A stretch of 64,000 nt of DNA from Methylococcaceae bacterium (GTDB lineage Bacteria; Pseudomonadota; Gammaproteobacteria; Methylococcales; Methylomonadaceae). The stretch spans positions 4,384 to 68,383 of the forward strand of contig DUCI01000090.1 in the NCBI GenBank assembly GCA_012959905.1, written 5' to 3'. Each line of letters starts with the position of its first letter. Position 1 is the stretch's first letter. The position numbers were made by a program, and so were the translations under genes. Shown here one piece after another: positions 37,876 through 49,577 of the stretch. Below the pieces are notes generated by a model. The model was not told the DNA's origin and did no database searches. It worked only from the letters and a program-made list of their open reading frames with translations.

Positions 37876-39181
37876 GACTGATTTTTACCGTGAACAAGCA
37901 GAAGACTTACTGGCTTTTATTGATGCTTCGCCCAGTCCTTGGCATGCCGTTGGAACGGTTAAGCAGCAATTAGATGCGCATGGTTTTGTCCCGTTAGAGG
38001 AGCAGTCAGAATGGGCCTTGTTGGGAGAAGGACGATACTATGTGGTCAGGGGCGGATCGTCAATAATTGCTTTTATAGTGGGTTCTAAGCCTTTGGTTGA
38101 AACAGGCTTTAAAATTATTGGCGCTCATACTGATTCGCCGGGATTGCGTGTTAAACCCAATGCGAGTTATGCCGAAGCAGGTTTATTGCGCGTGGGTGTT
38201 GAAGTGTATGGAAGCCCGATTTTAGCCACGTACACAGATCGAGATTTAAGTTTAGCCGGTTCTGTGAGTTATAAGGATGATCGGGGTGCTGTAAAGAATA
38301 AGACGATTCTTTTTGATAAGCCGTTATTGAGGCTGCCTAATTTGGCTATTCATATGAATAATAAAGTCAATGAAGAAGGATTGAAGCTTGATAAACAAAC
38401 AGATTTACCTTTGGTGTTGGCAACGGTTGAAAATGAATTATTGGAACCTATTCAGTTTAAGGCGTTGATTGCTGATCAATTAAAGTTAAATGCTGCTGCT
38501 ATTTTGTCCTGGGAGTTGTGTAGTTATGATACTCAAAAAGGTGTGTTGTGGGGCTTAAATGATGAGTTTATTGCCAGTTCGCAACTGGATAATCTAGCTT
38601 CGTGTCATGCGGCGGTAAAAGCATTTTTAGAGGATGGAGCCATGGCGTCACCAGCAACACAAGTGTGCGCATTTTTTGATCATGAAGAGATAGGCAGTGA
38701 GAGTAGCAAGGGGGCATCGGGGAGTTTTCTGCCGGATGTCTTAATGCGAATGTGTGCGCTGCTGTCGCCGGGTACAGAAAGTTATTTTCAGGCTTTAAGT
38801 CAAAGTTTTATGATGAGTGTGGATATGGCCCATGCCTATCAGCCTAGTTTCTCATGGGCTTATGAGCCTAAACATCGTGTAATGGTCAATAAGGGGCCAG
38901 TTATAAAGGTGAATGCTAATCAGCGCTACGCCACAGATAATATAGCTGAAGCGATGTGTATTGATTGGTGTCAGCAGGCGGGTGTATCTGTGCAGAAATA
39001 TTCACACCGGACCAATTTGGGGTGTGGTAGCACGATCGGCCCGATCGTATCCGCCAAATTGGGTATACGCTCGGTTGATTTAGGAAATCCGATGTGGGCT
39101 ATGCATAGCTTGCGAGAAAGTGCGGGCGTTAAAGATCACGGCGACATGATTAAGTTGATGCGGCAATTTTTGAAATACTAG
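37868..39181 (+). CDS. apeB: M18 family aminopeptidase (ApeB-like)
   Basis: IIGAHTDSPGLRVKP, FDHEEIGS and VDMAHA blocks. I chose the ATG at 37868, which overlaps the msrB stop (ATGAATAA), over the upstream in-frame start at 37790 that runs through msrB. Confidence 0.85.
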   Translation: MNKTDFYREQAEDLLAFIDASPSPWHAVGTVKQQLDAHGFVPLEEQSEWALLGEGRYYVVRGGSSIIAFIVGSKPLVETGFKIIGAHTDSPGLRVKPNASYAEAGLLRVGVEVYGSPILATYTDRDLSLAGSVSYKDDRGAVKNKTILFDKPLLRLPNLAIHMNNKVNEEGLKLDKQTDLPLVLATVENELLEPIQFKALIADQLKLNAAAILSWELCSYDTQKGVLWGLNDEFIASSQLDNLASCHAAVKAFLEDGAMASPATQVCAFFDHEEIGSESSKGASGSFLPDVLMRMCALLSPGTESYFQALSQSFMMSVDMAHAYQPSFSWAYEPKHRVMVNKGPVIKVNANQRYATDNIAEAMCIDWCQQAGVSVQKYSHRTNLGCGSTIGPIVSAKLGIRSVDLGNPMWAMHSLRESAGVKDHGDMIKLMRQFLKY

Positions 39182-39228
39182 CCGTAAGCTATCGGGATTA
39201 ACGCAAGCTTGACGGCTAATAATTTTTT
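39181..39228 (+). terminator. Rho-independent terminator candidate after apeB
   Basis: gccgtaagct (39181-39190) pairs with agcttgacggc (39206-39216) with a 1-nt bulge. A T6 run follows at 39223-39228. Confidence 0.55.
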
Positions 39229-39243
39229 GCGGGCAGATCAATT

Positions 39244-40518
39244 CTACGTGAGTGCCTTAAAACCAATGTCGGTTCGAAAATACATCTGCTCCCACTCTAT
39301 TGTGCTGACCAGTTGGTAGGCATTACTTTGGGCTTCGTTAAGAGAGTTGCCTAAAGCGCAGGCACAAAGTACACGGCCGCCTGCGGTGAGGGTTTGGTTC
39401 TTTTCGAGATGTGTTCCGGCGTGAAAGATTTTTTGCTCCGGCGTAGTGGGTGAGTCAAGGCCTTTAATAATATCGCCTTTTTTGTAGCTATCGGGATAGC
39501 CTCCTGCGGCAAGTACAACACCTAAAGCGGGTCGACTGTCCCATACGGTTGTTTTAGTGTGTAGTTGATGGTCCAGAGCGGCTAAGCACAGTTCAACTAA
39601 ATCACTCTGTAAACGCATCATAATGGGCTGGGTTTCTGGATCACCAAAACGGCAATTATATTCCAGCACTTTTAAGGTGCCGTTTGGACTAATCATTAAG
39701 CCGGCGTAGAGGAAGCCGGTATAGGGCATGCCGTCAGCAATCATGCCGTCTAAAGTGGGCTGGATGACTTCATCGAGAACCCGTTGGTGTAACTCGGGTG
39801 TGACTAAAGGCGCAGGCGAGTAAGCGCCCATACCGCCCGTGTTGGGCCCTAAGTCGCCGTTGTTAAGGGCTTTGTGGTCTTGAGAAGTGGCCATAGGGAG
39901 GGCTGTTTTTCCATCAGCGATAACGATAAAGCTGGCCTCTTCGCCGTATAAGAATTCTTCGACAACAACGCGGTGACCGGCTTCGCCAAAGGCGTTACCG
40001 GCTAACATATCGTGAACGGCGGCAATAGCTTCTGATTCAGTTTGCGCGACAATGACGCCTTTTCCAGCGGCGAGTCCATCGGCTTTAACAACAATAGGAG
40101 CGCCTTTTTCTTGAATATACTGGATGGCCGAATCTGTCTCGGTGAAGGTTTGGTATTCGGCCGTAGGTATTTGGTGGCGAGCCATAAAGTTTTTGCAAAA
40201 GGTTTTAGAGCCTTCTAATTGGGCGGCTACTGCGCGTGGACCAAAACAGTTCAATCCTACTGCTTGAAAGCGGTCCACAATACCGGCAACCAGAGGAACC
40301 TCGGGGCCAATAATAGTGAGGGCAATATTTTTGTCTTGTGCAAAGATGATTAGGGCATCAATATTTGTTGCGTCAATGGCTACATTTTCTATGCCGGGTT
40401 CAAGGGCTGTGCCAGCGTTGCCAGGGGCAACATAAACGGTTCTGGCTTGTTCTGATTGGCGGGCCTTCCAAGCTAAAGCATGTTCGCGACCGCCGCCGCC
40501 TACAATTAAAATATTCAT
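39244..40518 (-). CDS. purD: Phosphoribosylamine-glycine ligase
   Basis: MNILIVGGGGREHALAWK, ATP-grasp blocks and EYNCRFGDPE. Confidence 0.9.
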   Translation of the reverse strand: MNILIVGGGGREHALAWKARQSEQARTVYVAPGNAGTALEPGIENVAIDATNIDALIIFAQDKNIALTIIGPEVPLVAGIVDRFQAVGLNCFGPRAVAAQLEGSKTFCKNFMARHQIPTAEYQTFTETDSAIQYIQEKGAPIVVKADGLAAGKGVIVAQTESEAIAAVHDMLAGNAFGEAGHRVVVEEFLYGEEASFIVIADGKTALPMATSQDHKALNNGDLGPNTGGMGAYSPAPLVTPELHQRVLDEVIQPTLDGMIADGMPYTGFLYAGLMISPNGTLKVLEYNCRFGDPETQPIMMRLQSDLVELCLAALDHQLHTKTTVWDSRPALGVVLAAGGYPDSYKKGDIIKGLDSPTTPEQKIFHAGTHLEKNQTLTAGGRVLCACALGNSLNEAQSNAYQLVSTIEWEQMYFRTDIGFKALT

Positions 40519-40550
40519 GAGTAAAGTTTTATCTAGGGGTAATGAGTGCG

Positions 40551-42110
40551 TTAGTGTCTGAAATGTCGCATAGCAGTAAAGGCCATGGTCATGTTATGTT
40601 CATTGGCAGCGGTTATAATTTCTTCGTCCCGAATGGAGCCGCCGGGTTGAATGACTGAGGTAATACCAGCCTGAGCCGCTGAATCAATGCCGTCTCTGAA
40701 GGGGAAGAAGGCATCAGAAGCCATGGCTGAGCCAGCGACTTCTAGGTTTTCATCGGCCGCTTTAATACCGGCAATACGGGCTGAATATACTCGACTCATT
40801 TGCCCAGCGCCGACACCAATGGTTTGTTGATTTTTGGCATACACGATAGCGTTAGATTTAACAAATTTAGCGACATTCCACGCGAAAATCATATCGTTAA
40901 GTTCTTCTGGAGTGGGGTGGCGTTTGCTGACAATGGTGATGTCATTGGCGGTAATTTGGCCGATATCATTATCCTGAACAAGGAGCCCATTGGTGACTCG
41001 TTTAAAATCATAGCTAGGCGTTCTTTCCAGTGGCCAAGTACCCGTTTCCATGACGCGAATATTAGGCTTGGACAGTAGCACTGTACGGGCGTCGTTGGTA
41101 ATGGAAGGGGCAATAAGAACTTCGACAAATTGACGGTCGATTATGGCTTGTGCCGTGCGTCCGTCAAGGGGTTGATTGAAGGCAATGATTCCGCCAAATG
41201 CGGAAGTAGGGTCTGTTTGGTAAGCGCGATTGTAACTTTCAAGTAAATTATCTGTGGAGGCCACGCCACAAGGATTGGCGTGTTTGACAATCACGCAGGT
41301 GGGTGCATCGGAAAAAGACTTAACGCATTCTAGGGCGGCGTCAGCATCGGCAATGTTGTTATAAGATAAGGCTTTTCCTTGCAATTGTTGGGCGGCGGCT
41401 AAGGTGCCTGACGCCGGATCGGCTTCACAATAAAAAGCGGCATTTTGGTGAGGGTTTTCACCGTAACGCATGATTTGTGATTGTTTGAATTGTAGATTCA
41501 GAATTTCCGGGAAAGGGTTGTCGTCAATCTTATTTAAGTAGCCGGCTATCGCGGTATCATACTGTGCTGTATGTTCGAAGCTTTTTCGTGCTAGTTTGAA
41601 ACGGCTTTCTTGTGATAGAGCGCCCTGGTTGGCGGTGAGTTCATCAAGGGTGTTTTGATAGTCGCTTGGGTCCACGATCACTGAAATGCTGGCATGATTT
41701 TTAGCAGCGGCGCGAATCATGGTCGGGCCGCCAATATCTATATTTTCGATGGCGGTTTCAAAAGAACAATCTGGTTTTGCAATGGTTTGTTGAAAGGGGT
41801 ATAAGTTGACTACAACCATATCAATAGGAAGAATGCCGTGTTCTGCCATAACCGTGTCATCAATGCCACGGCGGCCTAATATGCCACCATGCACTTTGGG
41901 GTGTAATGTCTTGACGCGCCCCGACATCATTTCAGGAAAACCCGTATAGTCGGAGACTTCTGTGACCGGAATACGATGTTCGGCCAATTGCTGGGCAGTG
42001 CCGCCGGTGCTGAGTATTTCAATACCCAGGTCATGTAGATGGCGTGCAAAATCAATAATGCCGGTTTTGTCTGAGACACTGATGAGCGCGCGGCTTATTT
42101 TAAGATCCAT
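40551..42110 (-). CDS. purH: Bifunctional AICAR transformylase / IMP cyclohydrolase
   Basis: [22 protein letters not shown] and a C-terminus ending MRHFRH. Confidence 0.9.
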   Translation of the reverse strand: MDLKISRALISVSDKTGIIDFARHLHDLGIEILSTGGTAQQLAEHRIPVTEVSDYTGFPEMMSGRVKTLHPKVHGGILGRRGIDDTVMAEHGILPIDMVVVNLYPFQQTIAKPDCSFETAIENIDIGGPTMIRAAAKNHASISVIVDPSDYQNTLDELTANQGALSQESRFKLARKSFEHTAQYDTAIAGYLNKIDDNPFPEILNLQFKQSQIMRYGENPHQNAAFYCEADPASGTLAAAQQLQGKALSYNNIADADAALECVKSFSDAPTCVIVKHANPCGVASTDNLLESYNRAYQTDPTSAFGGIIAFNQPLDGRTAQAIIDRQFVEVLIAPSITNDARTVLLSKPNIRVMETGTWPLERTPSYDFKRVTNGLLVQDNDIGQITANDITIVSKRHPTPEELNDMIFAWNVAKFVKSNAIVYAKNQQTIGVGAGQMSRVYSARIAGIKAADENLEVAGSAMASDAFFPFRDGIDSAAQAGITSVIQPGGSIRDEEIITAANEHNMTMAFTAMRHFRH

Positions 42111-42143
42111 AATATAGTTTTTAGGTTCAGTTAAGGATAAAGG

Positions 42144-42398
42144 TTAAGAGATATGGTGTTGAGCGATCTTTTTTCTTAAGGTGCTGCGACTTATCCCCAG
42201 TATTTTAGCGGCTTTAGATTGATTGTGGCCAACGTGCTCTAAGGTCACCTCAATCATGGGCTTTTCAACTTCTCGGATGACAATAGCGTAAAGATCATCG
42301 CTTTCAGAGTCGTTTAGGCGTTCGAGATAGTCCATGACTGTCATTCTGACATGTGAGGCTAAAGGTGTTGTTTTAGGGTGAGTGCTTTTATCGGTCAT
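42144..42398 (-). CDS. fis: DNA-binding protein Fis
   Basis: 84 aa with C-terminal HTH NQSKAAKILGISRSTLRKKI. Lies downstream of dusB. Confidence 0.85.
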   Translation of the reverse strand: MTDKSTHPKTTPLASHVRMTVMDYLERLNDSESDDLYAIVIREVEKPMIEVTLEHVGHNQSKAAKILGISRSTLRKKIAQHHIS

Positions 42399-42400
42399 GA

Positions 42401-43372
42401 TTATTCGTTAAATAATTTGAATGCATGATTAACCCAATGCATTTGTTCTGTCGGAATGAGTGCTTGGTTAATTTTATGTTTCAATGGGCTTGGAATGAGG
42501 CCTATAGAATTGAAATACCAGTTGATATGTTTTCGGGCTATTTGAACGCCCATTTTATCACCGTAGAAACGGTAGAGTGTTTCCAAGTGGTGTTGTAAGG
42601 TAATTTGTTTTTTTGCCAAAGGAATGGGGGGCAGAAGTTCACCGTGATTCAGGTAATGATTTATTTCTGTGAATATCCACGGGCGTCCTTGTGCTGCCCG
42701 ACCAATCATGATCGCATCGGCTTGGGTATAGTCTAATACGGCTTTCGCTTTTTGAACGCTATTAATGTCGCCGTTAGCAATAATGGGGATGAGGCTTTGT
42801 GATTTAATTTTTTTAATGGTGTCGTATTCAGCATTACCGGAAAATCGGCATGCACGAGTTCTGCCATGAATGGTGAGCGCGGCAATGCCTGATTCTTCAG
42901 CAATTTTGGATATTTTGAGTGCGTTTCGGTTCTCAATATCCCAGCCGGTTCTGATTTTTAGTGTAACGGGTAAGTCAACAGCGTTAACAACGGCATCAAG
43001 AATTTTACCGACCAGAGATTCATTTCTTAATAAGGCTGACCCGGCCGCTACGGCGCATACTTTTTTAGCCGGACAGCCCATGTTGATATCAATAATTTGA
43101 GCGCCTTGGTCGGCATTGTAATAGGCAGCAGCAGCCATTTGTTCAGGGTCGGTACCCAGGATTTGAACCACGCGTGGTTCTGTTTCCCCGCTGTGGTTGC
43201 TTTTTAATTGGGTGCGGTAGTGGTTTCGTAGCTTGGGATTGGATGAAACCATTTCTGAAACAGTGAGGCCGGCACCAAAATTCTTGCAGAGTTGCCTGAA
43301 CGGGCGATCTGTTACACCCGCCATTGGGGCTAAGAAAAGATTGTTTTTTAAGTGGATGGAGCCAATTAGCAT
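42401..43372 (-). CDS. dusB: tRNA-dihydrouridine synthase B
   Basis: LAPMAGVTDRPFR, DINMGCPAKKV and IANGDI. dusB-fis operon arrangement. Confidence 0.9.
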   Translation of the reverse strand: MLIGSIHLKNNLFLAPMAGVTDRPFRQLCKNFGAGLTVSEMVSSNPKLRNHYRTQLKSNHSGETEPRVVQILGTDPEQMAAAAYYNADQGAQIIDINMGCPAKKVCAVAAGSALLRNESLVGKILDAVVNAVDLPVTLKIRTGWDIENRNALKISKIAEESGIAALTIHGRTRACRFSGNAEYDTIKKIKSQSLIPIIANGDINSVQKAKAVLDYTQADAIMIGRAAQGRPWIFTEINHYLNHGELLPPIPLAKKQITLQHHLETLYRFYGDKMGVQIARKHINWYFNSIGLIPSPLKHKINQALIPTEQMHWVNHAFKLFNE

Positions 43373-43631
43373 AATAAAACCTAAATTTCAGAGGGGAATT
43401 ATACTGTTAATTAGTACGTATTAGTAGTCTGTGCGCTAAAGAGACGAAAATATGTGCGCTTTAAGCGGGTGGGTCGAAACGGAGTAAAGTCACTAAAATG
43501 CAGGAAAGTACTATTGTTTGCCGCTGAAAAACATTGATATGGACAAATGTGGCTAATTTAGGCAAAATGAACCGTCGGGCGGGGATTGCCTTGAACTTAA
43601 ATAAACAATAGAGGGTGTGAGTAGGGGTTAA

Positions 43632-44075
43632 ATGGCACAGATAACGGTAATTAATGGACCTAATCTTAATCTTCTAGGTACTCGAGAACCTGAGCTCTAT
43701 GGCCATGCTACGCTTGCCGATATCCATAGTAATTTAGAGCTATCAGCAACGCAATTAGGGCATGGGCTCAATTTTTATCAAAGTAATGCCGAACACGAAA
43801 TTATTGAATTAATTCATCAAGCAGGTTCTGGCAGTGTTGATATGTTAATTATTAATCCGGCTGCATTTACACATACTAGCGTGGCAATTCGTGATGCTAT
43901 GTTAGGTATCAGAATTCCTTTTATTGAGGTTCATTTATCTAATGTGTATGCTCGGGAAGCTTTTAGAAAACATTCTTATTTATCAGATATAGCCGAGGGG
44001 GTTATTTCTGGGTTTGGCGAAAATAGCTACTATATGGCTTTAACGGCCGCACATCAAATTCTACTCGCGAGATAA
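43632..44075 (+). CDS. aroQ: Type II 3-dehydroquinate dehydratase
   Basis: [29 protein letters not shown] and HLSNV. Confidence 0.9.
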   Translation: MAQITVINGPNLNLLGTREPELYGHATLADIHSNLELSATQLGHGLNFYQSNAEHEIIELIHQAGSGSVDMLIINPAAFTHTSVAIRDAMLGIRIPFIEVHLSNVYAREAFRKHSYLSDIAEGVISGFGENSYYMALTAAHQILLAR

Positions 44076-44079
44076 GATC

Positions 44080-44529
44080 ATGGATATTAGAAAAATAAAA
44101 AAATTAATTGAAATAATTGAAGAATCTGACATTGCTGAATTCGAAATGACTGAAGGTGAAGAGTCAGTTCGGATCAGTAAGTATTCGACTAATGCTGTTA
44201 TGGCACCACTAGCAGCACCTGCTCTGGTAGCACCGGCCCCTGTGGCAGCAGCGGTCAGTGAGGGGCAACAAGAACCGGCAGCTGAAGAATACGTGGGTCA
44301 TGTTGTAAATTCTCCGATGGTAGGTACTTATTATGCATCCGCATCACCCGGCTCAAAGGTTTTTGTTACGGTGGGCCAGACTGTTAATGCAGGGGATACG
44401 CTGTGTATCATCGAAGCGATGAAGATTTTAAATCAAATTGAAGCAGAAACCAGCGGCACGGTCACCAAAATTTTGGTTGAAAATGCGCAAGCCGTTGAGT
44501 ATGGGCAGCCACTTTTTGTCATTGATTAA
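44080..44529 (+). CDS. accB: Biotin carboxyl carrier protein of acetyl-CoA carboxylase
   Basis: Ala/Pro-rich linker and the biotinylation motif [10 protein letters not shown]. Confidence 0.9.
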   Translation: MDIRKIKKLIEIIEESDIAEFEMTEGEESVRISKYSTNAVMAPLAAPALVAPAPVAAAVSEGQQEPAAEEYVGHVVNSPMVGTYYASASPGSKVFVTVGQTVNAGDTLCIIEAMKILNQIEAETSGTVTKILVENAQAVEYGQPLFVID

Positions 44530-44573
44530 CAGAAGCGCTTTACTAACCAATCGAATTTAAATAGATAAAAACA

Positions 44574-45914
44574 ATGTTTGATAAAATCGTTATTGCTAAT
44601 CGGGGCGAAATTGCGCTACGAATTTTACGGGCCTGTCGTGAGTTGGGTGTTAAGGTCGTCGCCGTTCATTCTGACGTAGACAGAAATTTAAAGCATGTTC
44701 GTTTGGCGGATGAATCTGTTTGTATTGGTCCTGCGCCTTCGAGTGAAAGCTACTTGAATATTCCTGCGTTGATCAGTGCCGCCGAGGTAACTGATGCGGA
44801 AGCTATTCACCCGGGTTATGGCTTTTTATCAGAGAATGCTGCGTTTGCAGATAAAGTAACAGAGAGTGGTTTTGTCTTTATTGGACCTACTGGCGATACC
44901 ATTCGTAAGATGGGTGACAAGATTGAGGCAAAGCGTGCAATGCAAGCGGCTAATATACCTTGTGTTCCCGGGAATGGTGATCCTTTAACAGCGCATGCTG
45001 AAACGAATTTAAAAATGGCTCGGGAAATTGGATACCCGGTTATTATTAAAGCGGCAGGCGGTGGTGGCGGTCGTGGTATGCGTACGGTTCATACGGAAGC
45101 CTCGTTGTTAAATGCTATTTTATTGACAAAAACTGAAGCGGGTACGGTATTTGGTAATGATACGGTCTATATGGAGAAGTTTCTTGAAGATCCGAGGCAT
45201 ATTGAGTTCCAGATTTTGGCCGATATGCACGGCAATGCCATTCACCTCGGTGAGCGCGATTGCTCAATGCAACGGCGCCATCAAAAAGTAGTCGAGGAAG
45301 CGCCAGCTCCGGGCATTACAGAAGAGCAGCGTAAAATAATGGGGGAGCGTTGTGCCAAGGCCTGTGTTGATATTGGTTATCATGGTGCTGGGACTTTTGA
45401 GTTTTTGTACGAGAATGGCGAGTTCTTCTTTATTGAAATGAATACCCGTATTCAGGTTGAGCATCCGGTCACTGAAATGGTCACCGGTGTGGATCTTGTT
45501 AAAGAACAGTTACGTATTGCAGCCGGTGAGCGCTTGTCAATTACCCAAGATCAAGTTCGGTTAACGGGGCATGCTATTGAGTGTCGCCTTAATGCGGAAG
45601 ACCCTAAAACTTTTATGCCTTGCCCCGGGACTATTGATACGCTTCATTTTCCGGGCGGCCCGGGTATTCGTTGTGAGACTCATTTGTATAATGGTTATAC
45701 CGTTCCACCGCATTATGACTCTATGATTGGTAAATTGATTGCGCATGGGGATAACCGGGACAGTGCTATTGCCAGAATGCGGACAGCTTTGGAAGAAATG
45801 ATTGTGGGTGGAATCAAAACCAACATCCCTTTGCAGCGTGAGATAATGGCCGATAATGCTTTTGCTGTCGGTTCTCAAAACATTCATTATTTGGAAAAAA
45901 AGCTAGGGATGTAA
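44574..45914 (+). CDS. accC: Biotin carboxylase
   Basis: [21 protein letters not shown] and [14 protein letters not shown]. Confidence 0.9.
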   Translation: MFDKIVIANRGEIALRILRACRELGVKVVAVHSDVDRNLKHVRLADESVCIGPAPSSESYLNIPALISAAEVTDAEAIHPGYGFLSENAAFADKVTESGFVFIGPTGDTIRKMGDKIEAKRAMQAANIPCVPGNGDPLTAHAETNLKMAREIGYPVIIKAAGGGGGRGMRTVHTEASLLNAILLTKTEAGTVFGNDTVYMEKFLEDPRHIEFQILADMHGNAIHLGERDCSMQRRHQKVVEEAPAPGITEEQRKIMGERCAKACVDIGYHGAGTFEFLYENGEFFFIEMNTRIQVEHPVTEMVTGVDLVKEQLRIAAGERLSITQDQVRLTGHAIECRLNAEDPKTFMPCPGTIDTLHFPGGPGIRCETHLYNGYTVPPHYDSMIGKLIAHGDNRDSAIARMRTALEEMIVGGIKTNIPLQREIMADNAFAVGSQNIHYLEKKLGM

Positions 45915-45990
45915 CATCGTTTTTTACAGTTGTCGTGGCGACTAGAATAGTTTTCTTAGCCACGATTGACTCTATTGCTAGGGCGTATTC

Positions 45991-46869
45991 ATGAGTTGGA
46001 AACAGTTATCTGTTATCACAGATAAGCAGTATGCCTCGGCATTGTCGGATTTATTTAGTCAGTTTGGTGCGCTTTCGGTGACGTATTTAGATGCCCTTGA
46101 TGAGCCTATTTTTGAGCCTGAACTGGGACAAACAAAGATTTGGGAACAAACGCGTGTTGTGGCCTTGTTCGAGATGTCTGTTTATGCAGAAGTTTTAGAA
46201 TCTTTGGTGTGTCAGCAGTTTCCTGACGCGGCATTAAAAGACTGGCGTCTTGATATCTTACAGGATCAAATTTGGGAACGGGCCTGGATGGCGCATTTTA
46301 AACCGATGTTATTTGGCGATAAGTTGTGGGTTTGCCCCAGTGGTTCTGAACAAGAGTCGCCCAAAACCGTTTGTATGACCTTGGATCCAGGACTTGCTTT
46401 TGGGACGGGCACGCATGCCACAACAGCCTTATGTTTGGAATGGTTAGCGTGCTTTGATTTGAGTGGAAAGACAATGCTTGATTATGGTTGTGGTTCGGGT
46501 ATTTTAGCGATTGCAGGGGTGTTGTTGGGTGCTCGTCATGTTTCTGCAGTGGATATTGATACGCAAGCGATTACGGCAACGAAAAATAATGCGGAAAAAA
46601 ATAATATTGGTTCGAATATAGATTGTTATTTGCCCGTTGATTGTCCGGCGCTTCAGGTTGATATCGTGGTTGCTAATATTTTAGCTAATCCCCTGATTGA
46701 GATGGTTCAGCCAATTTTAACCTTCTTAAATTCTGGCGGGCATTTAGTGCTTTCAGGGATTCTTAGTGAGCAGGCAGGTCATGTTTTGGACGCCTACAGC
46801 CCCTTTTGTCAATTGCAGGAGCCCGTTTATGAGGGTGATTGGTGTCGTATTGTAGGCATAAAGATTTAG
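45991..46869 (+). CDS. prmA: Ribosomal protein L11 methyltransferase
   Basis: LDPGLAFGTGTHATT and the DYGCGSGILAI SAM motif. 292 aa. Confidence 0.9.
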   Translation: MSWKQLSVITDKQYASALSDLFSQFGALSVTYLDALDEPIFEPELGQTKIWEQTRVVALFEMSVYAEVLESLVCQQFPDAALKDWRLDILQDQIWERAWMAHFKPMLFGDKLWVCPSGSEQESPKTVCMTLDPGLAFGTGTHATTALCLEWLACFDLSGKTMLDYGCGSGILAIAGVLLGARHVSAVDIDTQAITATKNNAEKNNIGSNIDCYLPVDCPALQVDIVVANILANPLIEMVQPILTFLNSGGHLVLSGILSEQAGHVLDAYSPFCQLQEPVYEGDWCRIVGIKI

Positions 46870-47381
46870 TTTGTATGAATTAATTCTTGTAATTCCAGCA
46901 AGGATATCTCACCAGCATGGGTTTTTTGAATAGCGCCATCTTCATCGATAAAAACAGTAAATGGTACGGCATTGGCGCGATTACCCATTGTGGTGGAAAG
47001 TGTAATACCGTCATCACCGGCAATCAGCACGGGAAAGTTAATCGGGTAATCTTTTAGAAAAGACTGAACAGATTGCTGGTCCTCAATGGCGATACTAATA
47101 ACCTGTACATTATTAGTGGTTGAATTATTTTGTAGTGTTATCAATGCGGGGATTTCTTTTCGACACGGTGGGCACCAGGTTGCCCAGAAATTAATGACGC
47201 GTTTTTTTCCGGCCCAGTCAGCGAGGGAACGGGGCGTATTGGATAAATCCGGTAAAGTTATTTTATCGAGTGGATGCGCTGTGTGAGTTATTGCAGACGG
47301 ATATTGTTGGCTTAAAAAGCCCAGTAAAAGGCCAATAATAGCAACGCCAATTAGAGTGCCGCGGGTAGCATTGGGGGACAT
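46866..47381 (-). CDS. TlpA-like periplasmic thiol:disulfide oxidoreductase
   Basis: N-terminal anchor and thioredoxin motif FWATWCPPCRKEIP. Lies directly downstream of dsbD (stop/start share one base). Confidence 0.8.
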   Translation of the reverse strand: MSPNATRGTLIGVAIIGLLLGFLSQQYPSAITHTAHPLDKITLPDLSNTPRSLADWAGKKRVINFWATWCPPCRKEIPALITLQNNSTTNNVQVISIAIEDQQSVQSFLKDYPINFPVLIAGDDGITLSTTMGNRANAVPFTVFIDEDGAIQKTHAGEISLLELQELIHTN

Positions 47382-49165
47382 TAGTGCGCTTGTTTAAGAT
47401 GGTTTAAGAAATCATCAGCGGTTTTGTAACCGACCAGACGTAAATGTTCTTGTTCATTTTTATCGGCATCAAAAAATAAGATGGCAGGCGGTCCGATGAG
47501 GTTGAAATGTTTTAATAAAGCATTGTCATCGGCAGTCATTGCAGTGACATCTGCTTGTAATAGCATAAACTGAGAGAGTTCTTTTTGCACCCGGTTATTG
47601 GAGAAAGTATACGCTTCCATTTCTTTGCAGGAGATGCACCAGTCCGCATAGAAATCCAGCATAACCCACTGCTGCTGTTGTTTTGCTTGCGCTAGTTTCT
47701 GGTTCAGTTCATTTAGCGAACCAATCGATTCGAATTGAGCGGGCTGTTTGGATGTTTGGGTCGTTTGACTAAAATGTTGTAAGGGTTGCAAAGGATTCGT
47801 GTTGCCGCTGGCAATGCCGATGATTAAAATGACACCGTAAATAAGCATCATTAAGCCAACCCCTTTCCACAGTTTATTCCAGCCACTGCTTGGCTGGGGT
47901 AGTGGGTCTATGGCGTGCATGTAAATCGCAGGAATAATGAGTAGTGAAGCCCAAAGGCCCATCATGATAGGGGCAGGCAAAATACGGTCCAGCATCCAGA
48001 CGGCTACGGCCAGCATAGCAACACCGAATATAGACTTAGTGGTGTTTAGCCAGACCCCTGACTTGGGTAAGAAAGATCCTGCTGAGACGCCAATGGCCAG
48101 TAATGGAACACCCATACCCATGCCCATCAGGAAGAGCGCTGAGCCACCGAGGAGAACGTCGCCCGTTTGGCCAATATAAATTAACGCTCCGGTCAACGGT
48201 GCGGCAACACAAGGGCCCACAACCAATGCGGATAGCGCCCCCATAATGGCAGCACTGATCATGCCGTTGTTTTTTTGCTGATTGCTAATGCGATTAATAC
48301 GGTTTTGTATTGACTGTGGTAACTCTAGGTTGTAGAAGCCAAACATGGATAGCGATAAGAGGATGAAAAGGCCACTAAATGAAGCGATAATCCAAGGTTG
48401 TTGTAATTCAGCTTGTAGGTTACTGCCGAACAAGGCGGCTAAAATACCAAAGGCGGTATAAGCAACAGCGCCCGCTAAGACATAGCTTAACGAGAGTAAA
48501 AAACCTCGCCGTGCCGTGACAGGCTCTTTTTGTCCGACAATAATGCCAGAAATAATGGGAATCATCGGAAAGATACACGGGGTAAAAGCGAGTAGTAGCC
48601 CAAAGCCAAAAAAGCTGGCTAAAATTAACCCATAGCTTTGGTTACTTAAATCCTGCGCTATTTGATCTTGTTCAGAATAGCTTTTTACAGTGGGTTCCAG
48701 CGTTATGGGGCTGCTATTTGTTGTTATGGTGCTGGGAGTAATCGTCAGGGTTTTAGTCATTGGCGGATAGCAAACACCTACCTCTGCACAACCTTGGAAG
48801 CCGGCGGTTAATTCAAAAGGAACCGGTGGGTTTTTCGACTGCTCAACAGGGATGGAGAAACTGAGTGCATGATGAAATATTTCGACATCACCAAAGGCCT
48901 CATCTGACTTTGGCGTGCCATGTGGGATGCTGTAAGGCCCCAGTTTAACGCTGTCGGAATTAGGGGTTGAAAGAGATATTTTCTCTCGGTAGAGGTAGTA
49001 ACCTTCAGCAATTTGCCAATGTACTTCGACGGTTTTGTGATCTAATGCTTGCGCGTAAAACTTGAATGCTTGTTCGGGAGGAAGCAGGTCGTTATTGCTG
49101 ATAGCGTAGGTTTGTTGGCTCCCAAAAGCGAGCAGAATTAACCCAAAAAATTTTATGAGAGACAT
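47381..49165 (-). CDS. dsbD: Thiol:disulfide interchange protein DsbD
   Basis: Three-domain layout: a periplasmic N-domain, a membrane core with FTPCIFPMIP and GPCVAAPL, and a C-terminal thioredoxin FYADWCISCKEME. Confidence 0.9.
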   Translation of the reverse strand: MSLIKFFGLILLAFGSQQTYAISNNDLLPPEQAFKFYAQALDHKTVEVHWQIAEGYYLYREKISLSTPNSDSVKLGPYSIPHGTPKSDEAFGDVEIFHHALSFSIPVEQSKNPPVPFELTAGFQGCAEVGVCYPPMTKTLTITPSTITTNSSPITLEPTVKSYSEQDQIAQDLSNQSYGLILASFFGFGLLLAFTPCIFPMIPIISGIIVGQKEPVTARRGFLLSLSYVLAGAVAYTAFGILAALFGSNLQAELQQPWIIASFSGLFILLSLSMFGFYNLELPQSIQNRINRISNQQKNNGMISAAIMGALSALVVGPCVAAPLTGALIYIGQTGDVLLGGSALFLMGMGMGVPLLAIGVSAGSFLPKSGVWLNTTKSIFGVAMLAVAVWMLDRILPAPIMMGLWASLLIIPAIYMHAIDPLPQPSSGWNKLWKGVGLMMLIYGVILIIGIASGNTNPLQPLQHFSQTTQTSKQPAQFESIGSLNELNQKLAQAKQQQQWVMLDFYADWCISCKEMEAYTFSNNRVQKELSQFMLLQADVTAMTADDNALLKHFNLIGPPAILFFDADKNEQEHLRLVGYKTADDFLNHLKQAH

Positions 49166-49473
49166 GAGTGGATCCAGTTAAGATAATCAGCTTGGCCGTG
49201 TTGTAGTGGTGTGGCAATTATTTCGGGTACATCGTAGGGGTGGTTAGTTAAAATGAGGTTCTCAATTTCAAGGTAATGCGCTTGGTCTGTTTTGAGTAAT
49301 AATAACTGCTCTTGGTCAGTAATAACTTTACCCTGCCAGCGGTAAATAGATGTGATGTTGGGTACAATATTGGCGCAAGCGGCCAGTTCGTTCTCAATGA
49401 TAGTAGTCGCTAGCTTTTCTGCAGTATCTTTATTGGGGCAAGTGCAATAAATAAGAATAAAATCAGAGGTCAT
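49153..49473 (-). CDS. cutA: Divalent-cation tolerance protein CutA
   Basis: IYCTCPN...LAACANI...S.Y.W.G motifs. cutA-dsbD arrangement as in E. coli. I chose the ATG at 49473; the ORF-track start at 49494 adds 7 aa. Confidence 0.8.
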   Translation of the reverse strand: MTSDFILIYCTCPNKDTAEKLATTIIENELAACANIVPNITSIYRWQGKVITDQEQLLLLKTDQAHYLEIENLILTNHPYDVPEIIATPLQHGQADYLNWIHSCLS

Positions 49474-49577
49474 GGTTGGTTCACATAAAAACATTTAACT
49501 GGCTATTATAAGGTGTTAGTGTGTATCACATTCAAGAAGTTTTTTAGTATTAACGCAATAAAGGTGAGATAAGAGTC

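Noticed and set aside
45933-45965. A hairpin (tcgtggc...gccacga with an inner imperfect stem) between accC and prmA, as a possible terminator.
   Set aside because: No U tract follows it on the plus strand, and the loop is large and imperfect. accC and prmA may simply be separately or jointly transcribed. The evidence is insufficient.
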